From positions 1 to 46,188 of the forward strand of contig DATKOD010000006.1 in NCBI GenBank assembly GCA_035524755.1: a stretch of DNA of 46,188 nucleotides, in the 5' to 3' direction. Each line of letters starts with the position of its first letter. The first letter of the stretch is position 1. The notes below the pieces were generated by a model that searched no databases, was not told where the DNA came from, and was given only the letters and a program-made list of their open reading frames with translations. Made by a program: the position numbers and the translations under genes. The DNA is from Minisyncoccota bacterium (lineage in GTDB: Bacteria > Patescibacteriota > Minisyncoccia > 2-02-FULL-40-12 > GWA2-44-9). Of this stretch, positions 1-9,763 are shown piece by piece.

Positions 1-600
1 TTTCCCGATATCTTCAGCGGGTTCATCGGGGAATCTCTGATTTCCAAGGCGCAAAAGAAGCGCCTTATTTCCATCAAGACCCACTACCTGCGCACGTGGA
101 CGACCGACCGGCATCAGACCGTGGACGGCAAACCGTACGGCGGCGGGCCGGGCTTGGTGATGAAGGTTGAACCTATCGCCAAAGCGGTGAAGGCCATCAA
201 CAAGTCCAAGAAGTCGCGCGTGATTCTGTTCTCGCCGCGCGGAAAACAGTTCGACCAGGCGACCGCGAAGCGCTGGGCGAAGAAATATGACCAGCTCGTG
301 TTCATCTGTGGCCGCTATGAGGGCGTGGACGAGCGCGTGGCCGACTATATCGCCGACGAGGTCATTTCGGTCGGGCCGTACGTGCTCAACGGGGGTGAAA
401 TCGCCGCGATGGCGGTCATCGAGGCAGTCGCGCGTCTGGTTCCGGGCTTCATGCACGACGCTGACAGCCAGACCAAAGAGGACCATCCGCAGTACACGAA
501 GCCAGAGATCGTGACCATCGGCGGCCGCACACGCGCCGTTCCGAAGGTGCTGCTTTCGGGTGACCACGCCAAGATTTCGGCCTGGCGGAAGGCCCGATAG
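1..600 (+). CDS. trmD: tRNA (guanine37-N1)-methyltransferase TrmD, 5' end cut by the window edge
   Basis: Frame 1 is open from base 1 to the stop at 598-600. The translation FPDIFSGF...DGKPYGGGPGLVMKVEPI...ICGRYEGVDERV...SVGPYVLNGGE matches TrmD hallmark segments. Confidence 0.9.
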   Translation, partial: FPDIFSGFIGESLISKAQKKRLISIKTHYLRTWTTDRHQTVDGKPYGGGPGLVMKVEPIAKAVKAINKSKKSRVILFSPRGKQFDQATAKRWAKKYDQLVFICGRYEGVDERVADYIADEVISVGPYVLNGGEIAAMAVIEAVARLVPGFMHDADSQTKEDHPQYTKPEIVTIGGRTRAVPKVLLSGDHAKISAWRKAR

Positions 601-606
601 GCACTC

Positions 607-634
607 TTGACTGGCCCGGGACCTCGTGTATACT
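607..634 (+). promoter_or_regulatory. Candidate sigma70-type promoter for the 16S rRNA gene (TTGACT-N16-TATACT)
   Basis: TTGACT at 607-612 and TATACT at 629-634, about 175 nt upstream of the mature 16S 5' end and just after the trmD stop. Confidence 0.5.
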
Positions 635-767
635 GGTTCGGCACAGTCCCGAAGGTATCCCGATGAAGGACACTATCGACGGCTAACAATCCAATCGGTG
701 TAGTACAACCCCGCTTGCTTCCGCAACGGAGGCAAACGGGGTTGTGTTATGTGAGCACAACGGTCCC

Positions 768-792
768 TTTCCAATTCGACACAGTCAACGAA
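768..792 (+). other. 5' arm of the 16S rRNA processing stem
   Basis: tttccaattcgacacagtcaacgaa is complementary to 2474-2498: 16 contiguous bp, a 3-nt imperfect stretch, then 6 more bp. The two arms bracket the 16S gene as expected for an RNase III-type processing helix. Confidence 0.75.
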
Positions 793-809
793 AGCGAGAG
801 TCTATTAAG

Positions 810-2311
<1,502 letters not shown>

Positions 2312-2473
2312 ATTTCTCCTACTTCGCGTAGGAAAATGAGAAAGGCAAATGATGTCGATATAGGGTGTACGTCGCATGACCCGTCAAACGGTCCTACGGC
2401 GTACGAACTATGCGGGGTCCGACCGCAAAATCGGAGGTCTGACGGTACCGGGACCAAAAACGTACCACTCTTC

Positions 2474-2498
2474 TTCGTTGACTGTGTCGCACTGGAAA
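2474..2498 (+). other. 3' arm of the 16S rRNA processing stem
   Basis: ttcgttgactgtgtcgcactggaaa pairs with 768-792. Confidence 0.75.
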
Positions 2499-2500
2499 AT

Positions 2501-2526
2501 CAAAACGCGCCAAGAGGCGCGTTTTG
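2501..2526. terminator. Hairpin terminator directly after the 16S processing stem, possibly bidirectional
   Basis: caaaacgcgcc-aaga-ggcgcgttttg: an 11-bp stem with A-run and T-run flanks. It lies between the 16S unit (+) and the convergent ORF ending at 2538 (-). Confidence 0.7.
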
Positions 2527-2537
2527 ATTGCCGAGAT

Positions 2538-2894
2538 CTATCGGACGGTCACTGAGCAGCGGACCTGTGACCACGTAGTGCCGGTGAGGATGAACGCCCA
2601 CGCGTTCTTGATGCCGGTCGTGGAATAAATGACTGAAAGCCGGCCGTCGGGCTGGACCTTCATCGTACCCTCATCGGATGCCCAGTGATAGGCGGTGCCG
2701 GCGGCCATGCCGGCGAGCGCGAAGCGTACCGTCTGACCGACTGATGCCGTCTGAACGTCGGGTGAGCAGAGGACGTTCGCGGCGCTGGAGCGGGACGTGC
2801 CGAATGCATATTGCGTGGCGATGCCCGAGATGCCGATGTAGACACCGGCGACAAGGACGATGACGAGCAGTGCGGCGACAAGGACTCCGTTCAT
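2538..2894 (-). CDS. Hypothetical membrane-anchored or secreted small protein (118 aa)
   Basis: ATG at 2894 overlaps the upstream gene's stop (ATGA). N-terminal hydrophobic helix MNGVLVAALLVIVLVAGVYIGI, then a beta-rich domain. No family recognised. Confidence 0.55.
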   Translation of the reverse strand: MNGVLVAALLVIVLVAGVYIGISGIATQYAFGTSRSSAANVLCSPDVQTASVGQTVRFALAGMAAGTAYHWASDEGTMKVQPDGRLSVIYSTTGIKNAWAFILTGTTWSQVRCSVTVR

Positions 2895-3628
2895 CGGATT
2901 TGATAGGTAACCGTTACGTTGTCGGTGATCTCATTCTGGCCAGTGGCGATTTCCGGAGCCGGGACCGCGCCGCTCCCCAACCCGACGACGCTTTTGTCGT
3001 ACATGATGGGCGGGATGACGCTGTTGCTATTTTCGGTGAAGTCGACGATGCGCCCCAGCTTGATGCCGAGTTGGGATTTCAGCGTGTCGGCCTTTGACTG
3101 CGCATCCTTGATGGCCGCTTCGCGCGCCTGTGCCTGCAGTGCATCCGGGTTATCGATGGTCAGCTGGAGCTGGCCGATCTGATTCGCTCCTGCGGCCACG
3201 ACACCCGCAAGGACCGTGTCGGTCTTCGTCAGGTCACGGACCTTGACCTCGATGGTCTCATTGACCTGATATCCGGTGAGTTTGCTCTTCCCATCGGTAT
3301 AGTCATACTGCGGGTAGATATTGTACGCAGATGTCTGGATATCCTTATCGTCGATGTTCTGGCTTTTCAGGAAGCTCATCACGGCTGCTGATTTGGTGCT
3401 GTTGGAATCCTGCGCGGCTTTGCTGGTCGCGGCCTGGGTCACGATGGATAGGTCGATGATGGCGACGTCCGGCTTCGCGAGCACCTTGCCGGTTCCGGAG
3501 AAGGAGACGGTGTTCGTCGTCGCCGCCGTCTCGGATGCCTGCTTCGTCAGGACGCCGAGAAATGCGATGAGTACGACCGCAAGCGCCAGGCCGACCCAAC
3601 CCGCGAGCATCTTTTGCAGTTTCGTCAT
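2891..3628 (-). CDS. SIMPL/DUF541-family periplasmic or surface protein (245 aa from ATG 3628; the ORF track extends to 3709)
   Basis: Signal-anchor MTKLQKMLAGWVGLALAVVLIAFLG, then segments typical of SIMPL/26-kDa immunogenic proteins (YNIYPQYDY, GYQVNETIEVKVRDL, NVTVTYQI). The longer start at 3709 would lie upstream of a TATACT box on this strand (plus coordinates 3656-3661). Confidence 0.7.
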   Translation of the reverse strand: MTKLQKMLAGWVGLALAVVLIAFLGVLTKQASETAATTNTVSFSGTGKVLAKPDVAIIDLSIVTQAATSKAAQDSNSTKSAAVMSFLKSQNIDDKDIQTSAYNIYPQYDYTDGKSKLTGYQVNETIEVKVRDLTKTDTVLAGVVAAGANQIGQLQLTIDNPDALQAQAREAAIKDAQSKADTLKSQLGIKLGRIVDFTENSNSVIPPIMYDKSVVGLGSGAVPAPEIATGQNEITDNVTVTYQIR

Positions 3629-3674
3629 GAAAAGGGGATTACCTGCTACGCCCACAGTATAGCAAGCAGGCGAT

Positions 3675-3703
3675 TTGAAAAAAGAGGCGGAACGTCGCAT
3701 AAT
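3675..3703 (+). promoter_or_regulatory. Promoter TTGAAA-N17-CATAAT placed 8 nt before the rnhB ATG (leaderless configuration)
   Basis: TTGAAA at 3675-3680, CATAAT at 3698-3703, ATG at 3712. No SD sequence lies between them. Confidence 0.5.
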
Positions 3704-3711
3704 CTTCATCT

Positions 3712-4362
3712 ATGGTGAAGTTGCCCTCAAAATCACTGGAACGGAATCTGATCGCTGCTGGACACGCATGCATCATCGGCGTCGACGAGGTCGGCATGGG
3801 CTGTCTCGCCGGACCGGTCGTCGTGTGTGCGGTGCTTTTGAGGCCGAAGTTCTTCCAACACCGGAGGCGGCGACTGGAGTATTTGCGCGATTCAAAGACG
3901 TTGCAGGCGCATCAGCGCGAGCGGTATGCGAATGAACTCACGGCTGAGCGGTATGCACGGCATGCTATAGCGGTCATCCACCCCAAAGAAGTCGACCGGT
4001 TGAACGTCTACGGCGCGGCACGGGTCGGTATGTGCCGGGCTATCCGGCGACTGGGTCTGAAGAAAGCCGACCGGCCGTTCATACTCATCGACGGGCCCGG
4101 TCGTATCAAGGACGTCCCATGGGAGCAGTTGCCGGTCGTCAAAGGAGACCGCAAGGTGTTCGCCATCGCGGCTGCATCCGTCCTCGCCAAGGTCCATCGG
4201 GATTCGATGATGGTGAATTATGCGAAGCGTTACCCCGGATACGGCCTTGAGGCGCACAAAGGTTATGCGACGCGATTGCACCAGCGAAGGCTTGTGGAAT
4301 TGGGCCCCACTCCGCTCCACCGGAGATCCTTTCGCTTGACATACGATCAGAAGAGTACATAA
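3712..4362 (+). CDS. rnhB: Ribonuclease HII
   Basis: IGVDEVGMGCLAGPVV, DSKTL, ILIDG, KGD, AAASVLAKVHRD and YPGYG..HKGY match RNase HII conserved motifs. 216 aa. Confidence 0.9.
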   Translation: MVKLPSKSLERNLIAAGHACIIGVDEVGMGCLAGPVVVCAVLLRPKFFQHRRRRLEYLRDSKTLQAHQRERYANELTAERYARHAIAVIHPKEVDRLNVYGAARVGMCRAIRRLGLKKADRPFILIDGPGRIKDVPWEQLPVVKGDRKVFAIAAASVLAKVHRDSMMVNYAKRYPGYGLEAHKGYATRLHQRRLVELGPTPLHRRSFRLTYDQKST

Positions 4363-4390
4363 TCAAGCGGCTCTTTTCGAGGAGGAGTTC

Positions 4391-4942
4391 ATGCACAAGG
4401 CGATCCGCGTCCTGCGGTGGTTGCTGGACGAGTTCGTCGCGGCACTTCTGGTCGTCGCACTGTTGAGCGTCGGTTGGGCTTTTGTCCTGCGCCAGCATCT
4501 GCTCCCGGTCGCGCACGGGAATATCGGTGACTACGCTGAGGTCGCGATCCCCGAGATACTGACCCTGAACACCAGAGTCGACGGGTTCTCGGCGATGGCA
4601 ATTCCCGGTCACATCGTGCAGATCGGAGGCATCCCGGTCACTCCAATTCCGGACGCTCTCGAGGTTTGGGTCCGTTACAGCGATGAGCGGGGCGTCGAGC
4701 GCGACTGGCAAGGCACGTTCTTCATCGCCTGCGACGAAGATGGTGACTGTATACCCGTCTCGGCGCTCAGCGGCGTCGTTCTGGAGGGACAGGCGCGCAA
4801 GGGTTACGGTACCGAGACGCTACGATGGGCTCCGTTGAATCCTCGCGTGGTGGCACCGAGAAAGCCGCCCAAGGCCAAAGAGGTACCGTCGCCACAATCC
4901 AAGCCGCCCAAAGCAGCTCCATGGTCCCGCCAGCCCGCATAG
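4391..4942 (+). CDS. Hypothetical membrane-anchored protein with a Pro/Lys-rich tail (183 aa)
   Basis: SD GAGGAGGAG lies 4 nt before ATG 4391. One N-terminal TM helix (FVAALLVVALLSVGWAFVL). No family recognised. Confidence 0.55.
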   Translation: MHKAIRVLRWLLDEFVAALLVVALLSVGWAFVLRQHLLPVAHGNIGDYAEVAIPEILTLNTRVDGFSAMAIPGHIVQIGGIPVTPIPDALEVWVRYSDERGVERDWQGTFFIACDEDGDCIPVSALSGVVLEGQARKGYGTETLRWAPLNPRVVAPRKPPKAKEVPSPQSKPPKAAPWSRQPA

Positions 4943-4947
4943 AAAGA

Positions 4948-4980
4948 GTCCCCCCTGTTGATTACGGGGGGACGTTTTTA
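4948..4980 (+). terminator. Rho-independent terminator
   Basis: gtcccccc...ggggggac, an 8-bp GC stem followed by gttttta. Confidence 0.7.
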
Positions 4981-5004
4981 TCGGGGGTAGTGTAGAATGG
5001 ACCT

Positions 5005-6033
5005 ATGGCCCGCATCGCCATCAACGGTTTCGGCCGCATCGGACGCGCGTTCTTTAAGCTTGCGCTCACCAAGCCGGATCTGGAAATCGCCGCCATCAAC
5101 GACCTGGGCGATGCCGAGAACCTCGCATATCTCCTTCGATTCGATTCCGCCTACGGCCGGTACAACCAGGAGGTGAAGATCACTGACGAGGGCGGCAAGA
5201 GATGGCTGGTCGTCGGCGGACGGAAGACATTGTTCCTGCAGGAAAAAGACGCGACCAAGCTCCCCTGGGAAGTACTGGGCGTTGACGTTGTCGTGGAATC
5301 TACGGGCGTCTTTGAATCATATGAAAAAGCCCGGGTGCATATCACCGCAGGCGCCAAGCGCGTCGTTCTGACCGCTCCGGCGAAAGACGACGACAGCCCC
5401 GACGCCAAGACGGTGCTGATGGGTGTGAATCCGGACGAGTTGAAGGCGTGCGTGCTCACGTCCAACGGTTCATGCACGACCAACTCGGCTTCTCCCGTAC
5501 TCCAGATCCTCACCGAGAAGCTAGGCGTTAAGAAGGCGTTTCTGAACACGGTGCATGGATATACCGCGACCCAGAACCTTGTTGATGGTCCGGTCAAAGG
5601 GACCGACTACCGCCGCGGGCGTGCCGCGGCCGCCAACATCACGCCGTCCACCACAGGCGCTGCCATCGCGGTCGCGCGTGCGGTCACCGAGCTGAAGGGG
5701 AAATTCGACGGCGTTTCTATGCGCGTTCCGACTTTGACCGGTTCCCTCTCGGCCATCACCTTCGTGTCCAAGAAGAAGACCAGCGCCGAAGAAATCAACG
5801 CGATCCTCACCGAAGCGGCACGCGACGAACACTGGAAGGGAATTTTCACGGTCACCAATGAACAGCTTGTATCGTCTGACATCATCGGCGACCCGCACGC
5901 GGCGGTCGTTGACCTATCGCTCACCAAAGTCGTGGACGATGACCTGTGCTGCGTCTATTCCTGGTACGATAACGAATTCGGTTACACCAATGCCCTTGTC
6001 ATGCATGTTCTGGAGGTCACAAAGAATCTATAA
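5005..6033 (+). CDS. gap: Glyceraldehyde-3-phosphate dehydrogenase, type I
   Basis: MARIAINGFGRIGR, active-site SNGSCTTNS, WYDNEFGY. 342 aa. A TAGAAT box at 4993-4998 lies 6 nt before the ATG. Confidence 0.95.
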   Translation: MARIAINGFGRIGRAFFKLALTKPDLEIAAINDLGDAENLAYLLRFDSAYGRYNQEVKITDEGGKRWLVVGGRKTLFLQEKDATKLPWEVLGVDVVVESTGVFESYEKARVHITAGAKRVVLTAPAKDDDSPDAKTVLMGVNPDELKACVLTSNGSCTTNSASPVLQILTEKLGVKKAFLNTVHGYTATQNLVDGPVKGTDYRRGRAAAANITPSTTGAAIAVARAVTELKGKFDGVSMRVPTLTGSLSAITFVSKKKTSAEEINAILTEAARDEHWKGIFTVTNEQLVSSDIIGDPHAAVVDLSLTKVVDDDLCCVYSWYDNEFGYTNALVMHVLEVTKNL

Positions 6034-6897
6034 GTGTCCGAATACATCTCCGAAGCGAAGATCCATGAGCTCGAACTGAAGGCCAACGAAGTACGCCAGG
6101 CCATCATCGCGATGCTCGTCGAGGCAGGGTCCGGCCACACGGCCGGGCCGTTGGGCATGGCCGACATCTTCACGGCCATGTATTTTCATGTGCTCAATCA
6201 CGATCCGAAGAATCCCGATTGGCCGGAGCGTGACCGACTCGTCTTATCCAATGGTCACATCTGCCCTGTCCGCTATGCCGCCATGGCATACTCCGGCTAT
6301 TTCCCCGTCGATGAACTGAAGACCCTCCGCAAGTTCGGATCGCGCCTCCAGGGCCATCCGGAGCGACTGCGCCTACCGGGTCTGGAAACGACGTCCGGCC
6401 CGCTCGGTTCTGGTCTTGGTCAGGCAGTGGGCATGGCGATCGCTGCGCGAATGGACAAGGCGAAATGGCACACGTACGCATTCATGTCCGACGGCGAACA
6501 AGACGCGGGCGTGACCCACGAGTCAGCCATGCTTGCGGGCAAGCTGCGATTGTCGAATCTCACGGGCGTCATCGACCGAAATAACATCCAGATCGACGGT
6601 ATGACCGAAGACGTGATGCCCCTGGAGCCGCTGCGCGCGAAATGGGAAGCTGCCCGGTGGCACGTCCTCGAGGTGGATGGGCATAACATCGAGGCGTTCG
6701 TTGACGCGATCAACGAGGCCAAAGCTGTACAGGAGAAGCCGACCGTCATCATCGCGCATACGATACCGGGCAAGGGAATCCCCGAAATCGAATTCGACTA
6801 CAAATGGCACGGGATTCCTCCGACCGCTGAGCAGGCGAAGCATTTTTTGCACGAACTCCGTACCCTTCACGGCCGTATCCAATCAGAACACCAATAA
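6034..6897 (+). CDS. Transketolase, N-terminal (TPP-binding) subunit of a split enzyme
   Basis: GSGHTAGPLGMADI, LSNGH, GPLGSGLGQAVGMA and DGEQDAG match the transketolase PP domain. 287 aa. GTG start directly after the gap stop. Confidence 0.9.
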   Translation: MSEYISEAKIHELELKANEVRQAIIAMLVEAGSGHTAGPLGMADIFTAMYFHVLNHDPKNPDWPERDRLVLSNGHICPVRYAAMAYSGYFPVDELKTLRKFGSRLQGHPERLRLPGLETTSGPLGSGLGQAVGMAIAARMDKAKWHTYAFMSDGEQDAGVTHESAMLAGKLRLSNLTGVIDRNNIQIDGMTEDVMPLEPLRAKWEAARWHVLEVDGHNIEAFVDAINEAKAVQEKPTVIIAHTIPGKGIPEIEFDYKWHGIPPTAEQAKHFLHELRTLHGRIQSEHQ

Positions 6898-6898
6898 C

Positions 6899-7324
6899 AT
6901 GCTGCGCGACCTCACCCTCATTTTCTCCGTCCTGCTCGCGATTGTCTCGGTGGCATTCGGCGCATACAAGAACATCGAAGCGGGCAATGCCCAGGGATTC
7001 GCCTACGAACAGACATATCGGACGTTGAACGCGGTCCAACAGGCGAACATTTCAACCGCTGCGAAGGCGTCGATCACCGGCACCGTCCTTGGCGGTCTCG
7101 CGACTCCCCGCCCCGTCATCGACCTGTCGCGCTCCAATGCGGGTGTCCTGACGCCGGGGGCCTGCAGCGCTGCGAAACAGGCGACCTGTGATGCGCTGGC
7201 CGCGACGCTTGGAGCCGCAAACGCGACCTGCGTAAAAACGAACAGACCCGTCGATTGTACCGCCGCCCAGCAGGCCCGCATCGATGTCCTATCGTCATCG
7301 TGCATCGCATGTTTCAATCCTTGA
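6899..7324 (+). CDS. Small membrane-anchored Cys-containing protein (141 aa), paralog of the next gene
   Basis: ATG at 6899 lies 1 nt after the transketolase-N stop. TM helix LIFSVLLAIVSVAFGAY. The C-terminal half has 6 Cys. Confidence 0.5.
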   Translation: MLRDLTLIFSVLLAIVSVAFGAYKNIEAGNAQGFAYEQTYRTLNAVQQANISTAAKASITGTVLGGLATPRPVIDLSRSNAGVLTPGACSAAKQATCDALAATLGAANATCVKTNRPVDCTAAQQARIDVLSSSCIACFNP

Positions 7325-7326
7325 TC

Positions 7327-7701
7327 ATGGACCGACGCTATGTCTTCCCTGTGGTGATGTTCGTGCTCGCAGGGGTTTCGTTCACCTACGGAATCTACGA
7401 GCATTTCGCAGCGACAGGTGCGCAGACTTCAGCAGACGCACGCATGGCGTTCATTCTGTCGTCGATCGAGAATTCCCGTTCGAGCCGCCAGGAGAAGCAA
7501 GACCTATACACCACGATATTCAAAGGTCTGCCGGCCGCTCCAAGCATTCTGGGCGTCGGATTATCTGGCTCGTCGGCCGCGCCTGTCGGCGGGGACCAAT
7601 GCGTCAATGACGGACAGCGTGCGGTTTGTGGTGCATTGAAACGTTCCAACACCGATGCCGCGACGACGATGCGTATCTGCGGGTTATGTTCACCGAAATG
7701 A
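7327..7701 (+). CDS. Small membrane-anchored Cys-containing protein (124 aa), paralog of the previous gene
   Basis: ATG lies 2 nt after the previous stop. TM helix FPVVMFVLAGVSFTYGIY followed by ..ATGAQ, as in the neighbour (..EAGNAQ). The C-terminal part contains 4 Cys. Confidence 0.5.
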   Translation: MDRRYVFPVVMFVLAGVSFTYGIYEHFAATGAQTSADARMAFILSSIENSRSSRQEKQDLYTTIFKGLPAAPSILGVGLSGSSAAPVGGDQCVNDGQRAVCGALKRSNTDAATTMRICGLCSPK

Positions 7702-7735
7702 TGATCAGAACAAAGAACGAAAGGGGGTGTCCGAT

Positions 7736-8023
7736 ATGAACATGATGATGCACAAGGGTTGCGGTTGTTTCTGCCACAAGTTCCGCTGGTTCGTCGGCTG
7801 GCTTGCGGTGCTATCCGGCGTGTTGTTCTTCGTGGCCGCGTTCAAGGATACGGCGATGCTATGGGGATACGGGGCAGGATTCTACTTTGAGGCTGCGGTC
7901 GTGTTTGCAGTGATGGGTCACGGCAGCAAAGGGTGCCGGTGCTGTATGGGTCACGGTGCAGGCTACAAGTGCGAGGATTGCAAAGTCCAGGGCATGGACG
8001 GCCAGAAACCGATGATGCCGTAG
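7736..8023 (+). CDS. Small Cys/His/Met-rich two-TM protein (95 aa), possible metal binder
   Basis: Strong SD AAGGGGGTG lies 5-6 nt before ATG 7736. MNMMMHKGCGCFCH at the N-terminus, GHGSKGCRCCMGHGAGYKCEDC at the C-terminus, and two hydrophobic helices between them. Confidence 0.55.
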   Translation: MNMMMHKGCGCFCHKFRWFVGWLAVLSGVLFFVAAFKDTAMLWGYGAGFYFEAAVVFAVMGHGSKGCRCCMGHGAGYKCEDCKVQGMDGQKPMMP

Positions 8024-8066
8024 GTCAGGCGCTCCATGTATCCCGCTCAACGGTGGGCGGGATGCC

Positions 8067-9017
8067 ATGGATCACGTGACAATGGTTCCCACGCGGGACG
8101 GCTATGGAAAGGGATTGGTCGAAGCGGCTGAACACGACGAACGTATCGTCGTGTTGTGCGCGGACCTGACCGAAAGCACCCGCTCGCAGTGGTTCGCGGA
8201 GAAGTTCCCCGACCGATTCATCGAGATCGGGGTCGCGGAGCAGAACCTCGCGGTGGTCGCATCAGGGCTGGCGGCGGCAGGCAAGATACCGTTCATTTCC
8301 AGCTACGCGACGTTCAGTCCTGGCCGGAACAACGAACAGATACGCACGAACATCGCCCTCAATGACGTACCGGTAAAGATCGCCGGTGCGCATGCAGGTG
8401 TTTCCGTGGGGCCGGACGGAGCGACCCACCAAGCCTTGGAGGATATCGCGCTCATGCGTTCCATCCCCCGAATGGTCGTGGTCGTGCCCTGCGATGCGGA
8501 GGAGGCACGCAAGGCGACCGTCGCCATCGCGTTCAACGGGAAGCCGTCGTACATCCGTCTCGGTCGCGAGAAGTCACCGGTCATCACGACGCCGGAATCC
8601 CCGTTCGAGGTCGGGAAAGCGGTAACGCTGCGCGAGGGAGGCGATTGCGCGATCATCGTATGCGGGATTCTCGTCGCGGAAGCGCTTATGGCCGCGGATC
8701 TCTTAGCCAAGGACGGCGTTGCGGTCACGGTCATCAACAATCACACCATCAAACCGATGGATACGGATGCGATCGTTTCCGCAGCGAGGACATGCGGGGC
8801 GGTGGTCACCGTCGAGGAGCATCAGGTGCACGGTGGTATGGGTTCGGCCGTCGCCGAGGTGCTTGCGGCGCAGCAGCCGACCCCGATGGAGTTCATCGGT
8901 ATTCAAGATTCGTTCGGACAGTCGGGAACGCCCGTCGAACTGATGCAGGAATACCAACTGACTGCCCCGTTCATCGCTGACGCGGTCAGGCGCGCGGTTC
9001 GTCGGAAGGCAGCTTGA
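8067..9017 (+). CDS. Transketolase, C-terminal (pyrimidine-binding plus C-terminal domain) subunit
   Basis: TRDGYGKGL, FIEIGVAEQNLAVVASGLA, GPDGATHQALEDIALMRSIP. 316 aa. Confidence 0.9.
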   Translation: MDHVTMVPTRDGYGKGLVEAAEHDERIVVLCADLTESTRSQWFAEKFPDRFIEIGVAEQNLAVVASGLAAAGKIPFISSYATFSPGRNNEQIRTNIALNDVPVKIAGAHAGVSVGPDGATHQALEDIALMRSIPRMVVVVPCDAEEARKATVAIAFNGKPSYIRLGREKSPVITTPESPFEVGKAVTLREGGDCAIIVCGILVAEALMAADLLAKDGVAVTVINNHTIKPMDTDAIVSAARTCGAVVTVEEHQVHGGMGSAVAEVLAAQQPTPMEFIGIQDSFGQSGTPVELMQEYQLTAPFIADAVRRAVRRKAA

Positions 9018-9543
9018 AGAGATCTTTGAGCTTAGCGAAATCCTGCTCCAGGAGCGTCTTGGTCAGCGGGTCTTTGAGCGCGCTTGAAGGGTGGAACGTC
9101 GGCAATAAGCGGTAGGTGCCGAGCGGGAATGTGCGGCCATGGACGTTCTCCACGGGGATGCGGAGGCCGACACCGTTCAAAGCGAGGTTGCCGAGTGTGA
9201 CGACGATCTCGGGGTTCACCGTGCGGATCTCATCCTTCAAAAACGCCGCATGGCTCTTGATCTCCTTCGGGCTGGGCATATGTTCCGGATCCGGCCGGTA
9301 CTTCACCACGTTGGTGACGTAGACTTTCTGCGGACTGATGCCGGCGAGCTTCAGGAGCGAGTTCAGCATCTTAGCGTTCGGGCCGCCGACGGGCTTGGCT
9401 TCACGTTCTCCGTGCAAGTCGAGGACTTCAGAGACCACCACGACCTTGGCGCCGATATCGCCGCGCCCGAAGACGAGCTTGCGCCCCTTGAACTTCTCCT
9501 TCAAGGCTTTGTTGACCGAAGTGAGTGTCTTCGTGTCGGTCAT
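8986..9543 (-). CDS. Uracil-DNA glycosylase superfamily protein (family 4/5-like, non-canonical motif A), 185 aa
   Basis: Aligns to family-4 UDG topology: VVVVSEVLD..GE....PVGGPNAKMLNSLL, VYVTNVVKYRP, TFHPSSAL. The ORF-track extension to 9681 reads through the antisense of tRNA-Ile and is rejected. An alternative ATG is at 9564. The 3' end overlaps the transketolase-C 3' end by 32 nt (convergent). Confidence 0.6.
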   Translation of the reverse strand: MTDTKTLTSVNKALKEKFKGRKLVFGRGDIGAKVVVVSEVLDLHGEREAKPVGGPNAKMLNSLLKLAGISPQKVYVTNVVKYRPDPEHMPSPKEIKSHAAFLKDEIRTVNPEIVVTLGNLALNGVGLRIPVENVHGRTFPLGTYRLLPTFHPSSALKDPLTKTLLEQDFAKLKDLFKLPSDEPRA

Positions 9544-9566
9544 AACGATGCCCCAGAATAGCATAG

Positions 9567-9596
9567 TTGGCCTTTTTTGGCAATATCTGCTATGAT
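9567..9596 (+). promoter_or_regulatory. Promoter for the tRNA-Ile/tRNA-Ala pair (TTGGCC-N18-TATGAT with TGn)
   Basis: TTGGCC at 9567-9572, TGc then TATGAT at 9591-9596, 12 nt before the tRNA 5' end. Confidence 0.5.
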
Positions 9597-9608
9597 GTGG
9601 CTTGTTTT

Positions 9609-9683
9609 GGGCGGCTAGTTCAGTGGTAGAACGCTGTCCTGATAAGACAGAGGTCATAGGTTCGATTCCTATGCCGCCCACCA
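9609..9683 (+). tRNA. tRNA-Ile (anticodon GAU), CCA encoded
   Basis: Cloverleaf read by hand: acceptor gggcggc/gccgccc, anticodon arm ctgtc-ctGATaa-gacag, T-arm atagg-ttcgatt-cctat, discriminator A, CCA. Confidence 0.9.
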
Positions 9684-9691
9684 GTCAGTCC

Positions 9692-9763
9692 GGGCCGTTA
9701 GCTCAGTGGTAGAGCACCTCATTTGCAATGAGGGGGTCGCCGGTCCGAATCCGGCACGGTCCA
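9692..9763 (+). tRNA. tRNA-Ala (anticodon UGC), no encoded CCA
   Basis: Acceptor gggccgt/acggtcc gives the G3:U70 alanine identity pair. Anticodon arm cctca-ttTGCaa-tgagg. T-arm gccgg-tccgaat-ccggc. Confidence 0.9.

Noticed and set aside
9544-9681. N-terminal extension of the UDG-like ORF (MGGIGIEPMTSVLSGQRSTTEL...). The same applies to the extensions at 38987..39133 and the ORFs at 38988..39317 and 38995..39276.
   Set aside because: These stretches are the reverse translation of tRNA genes (GIEP/GFEP-type peptides from the T-arm). Downstream in-frame ATGs give sensible proteins.
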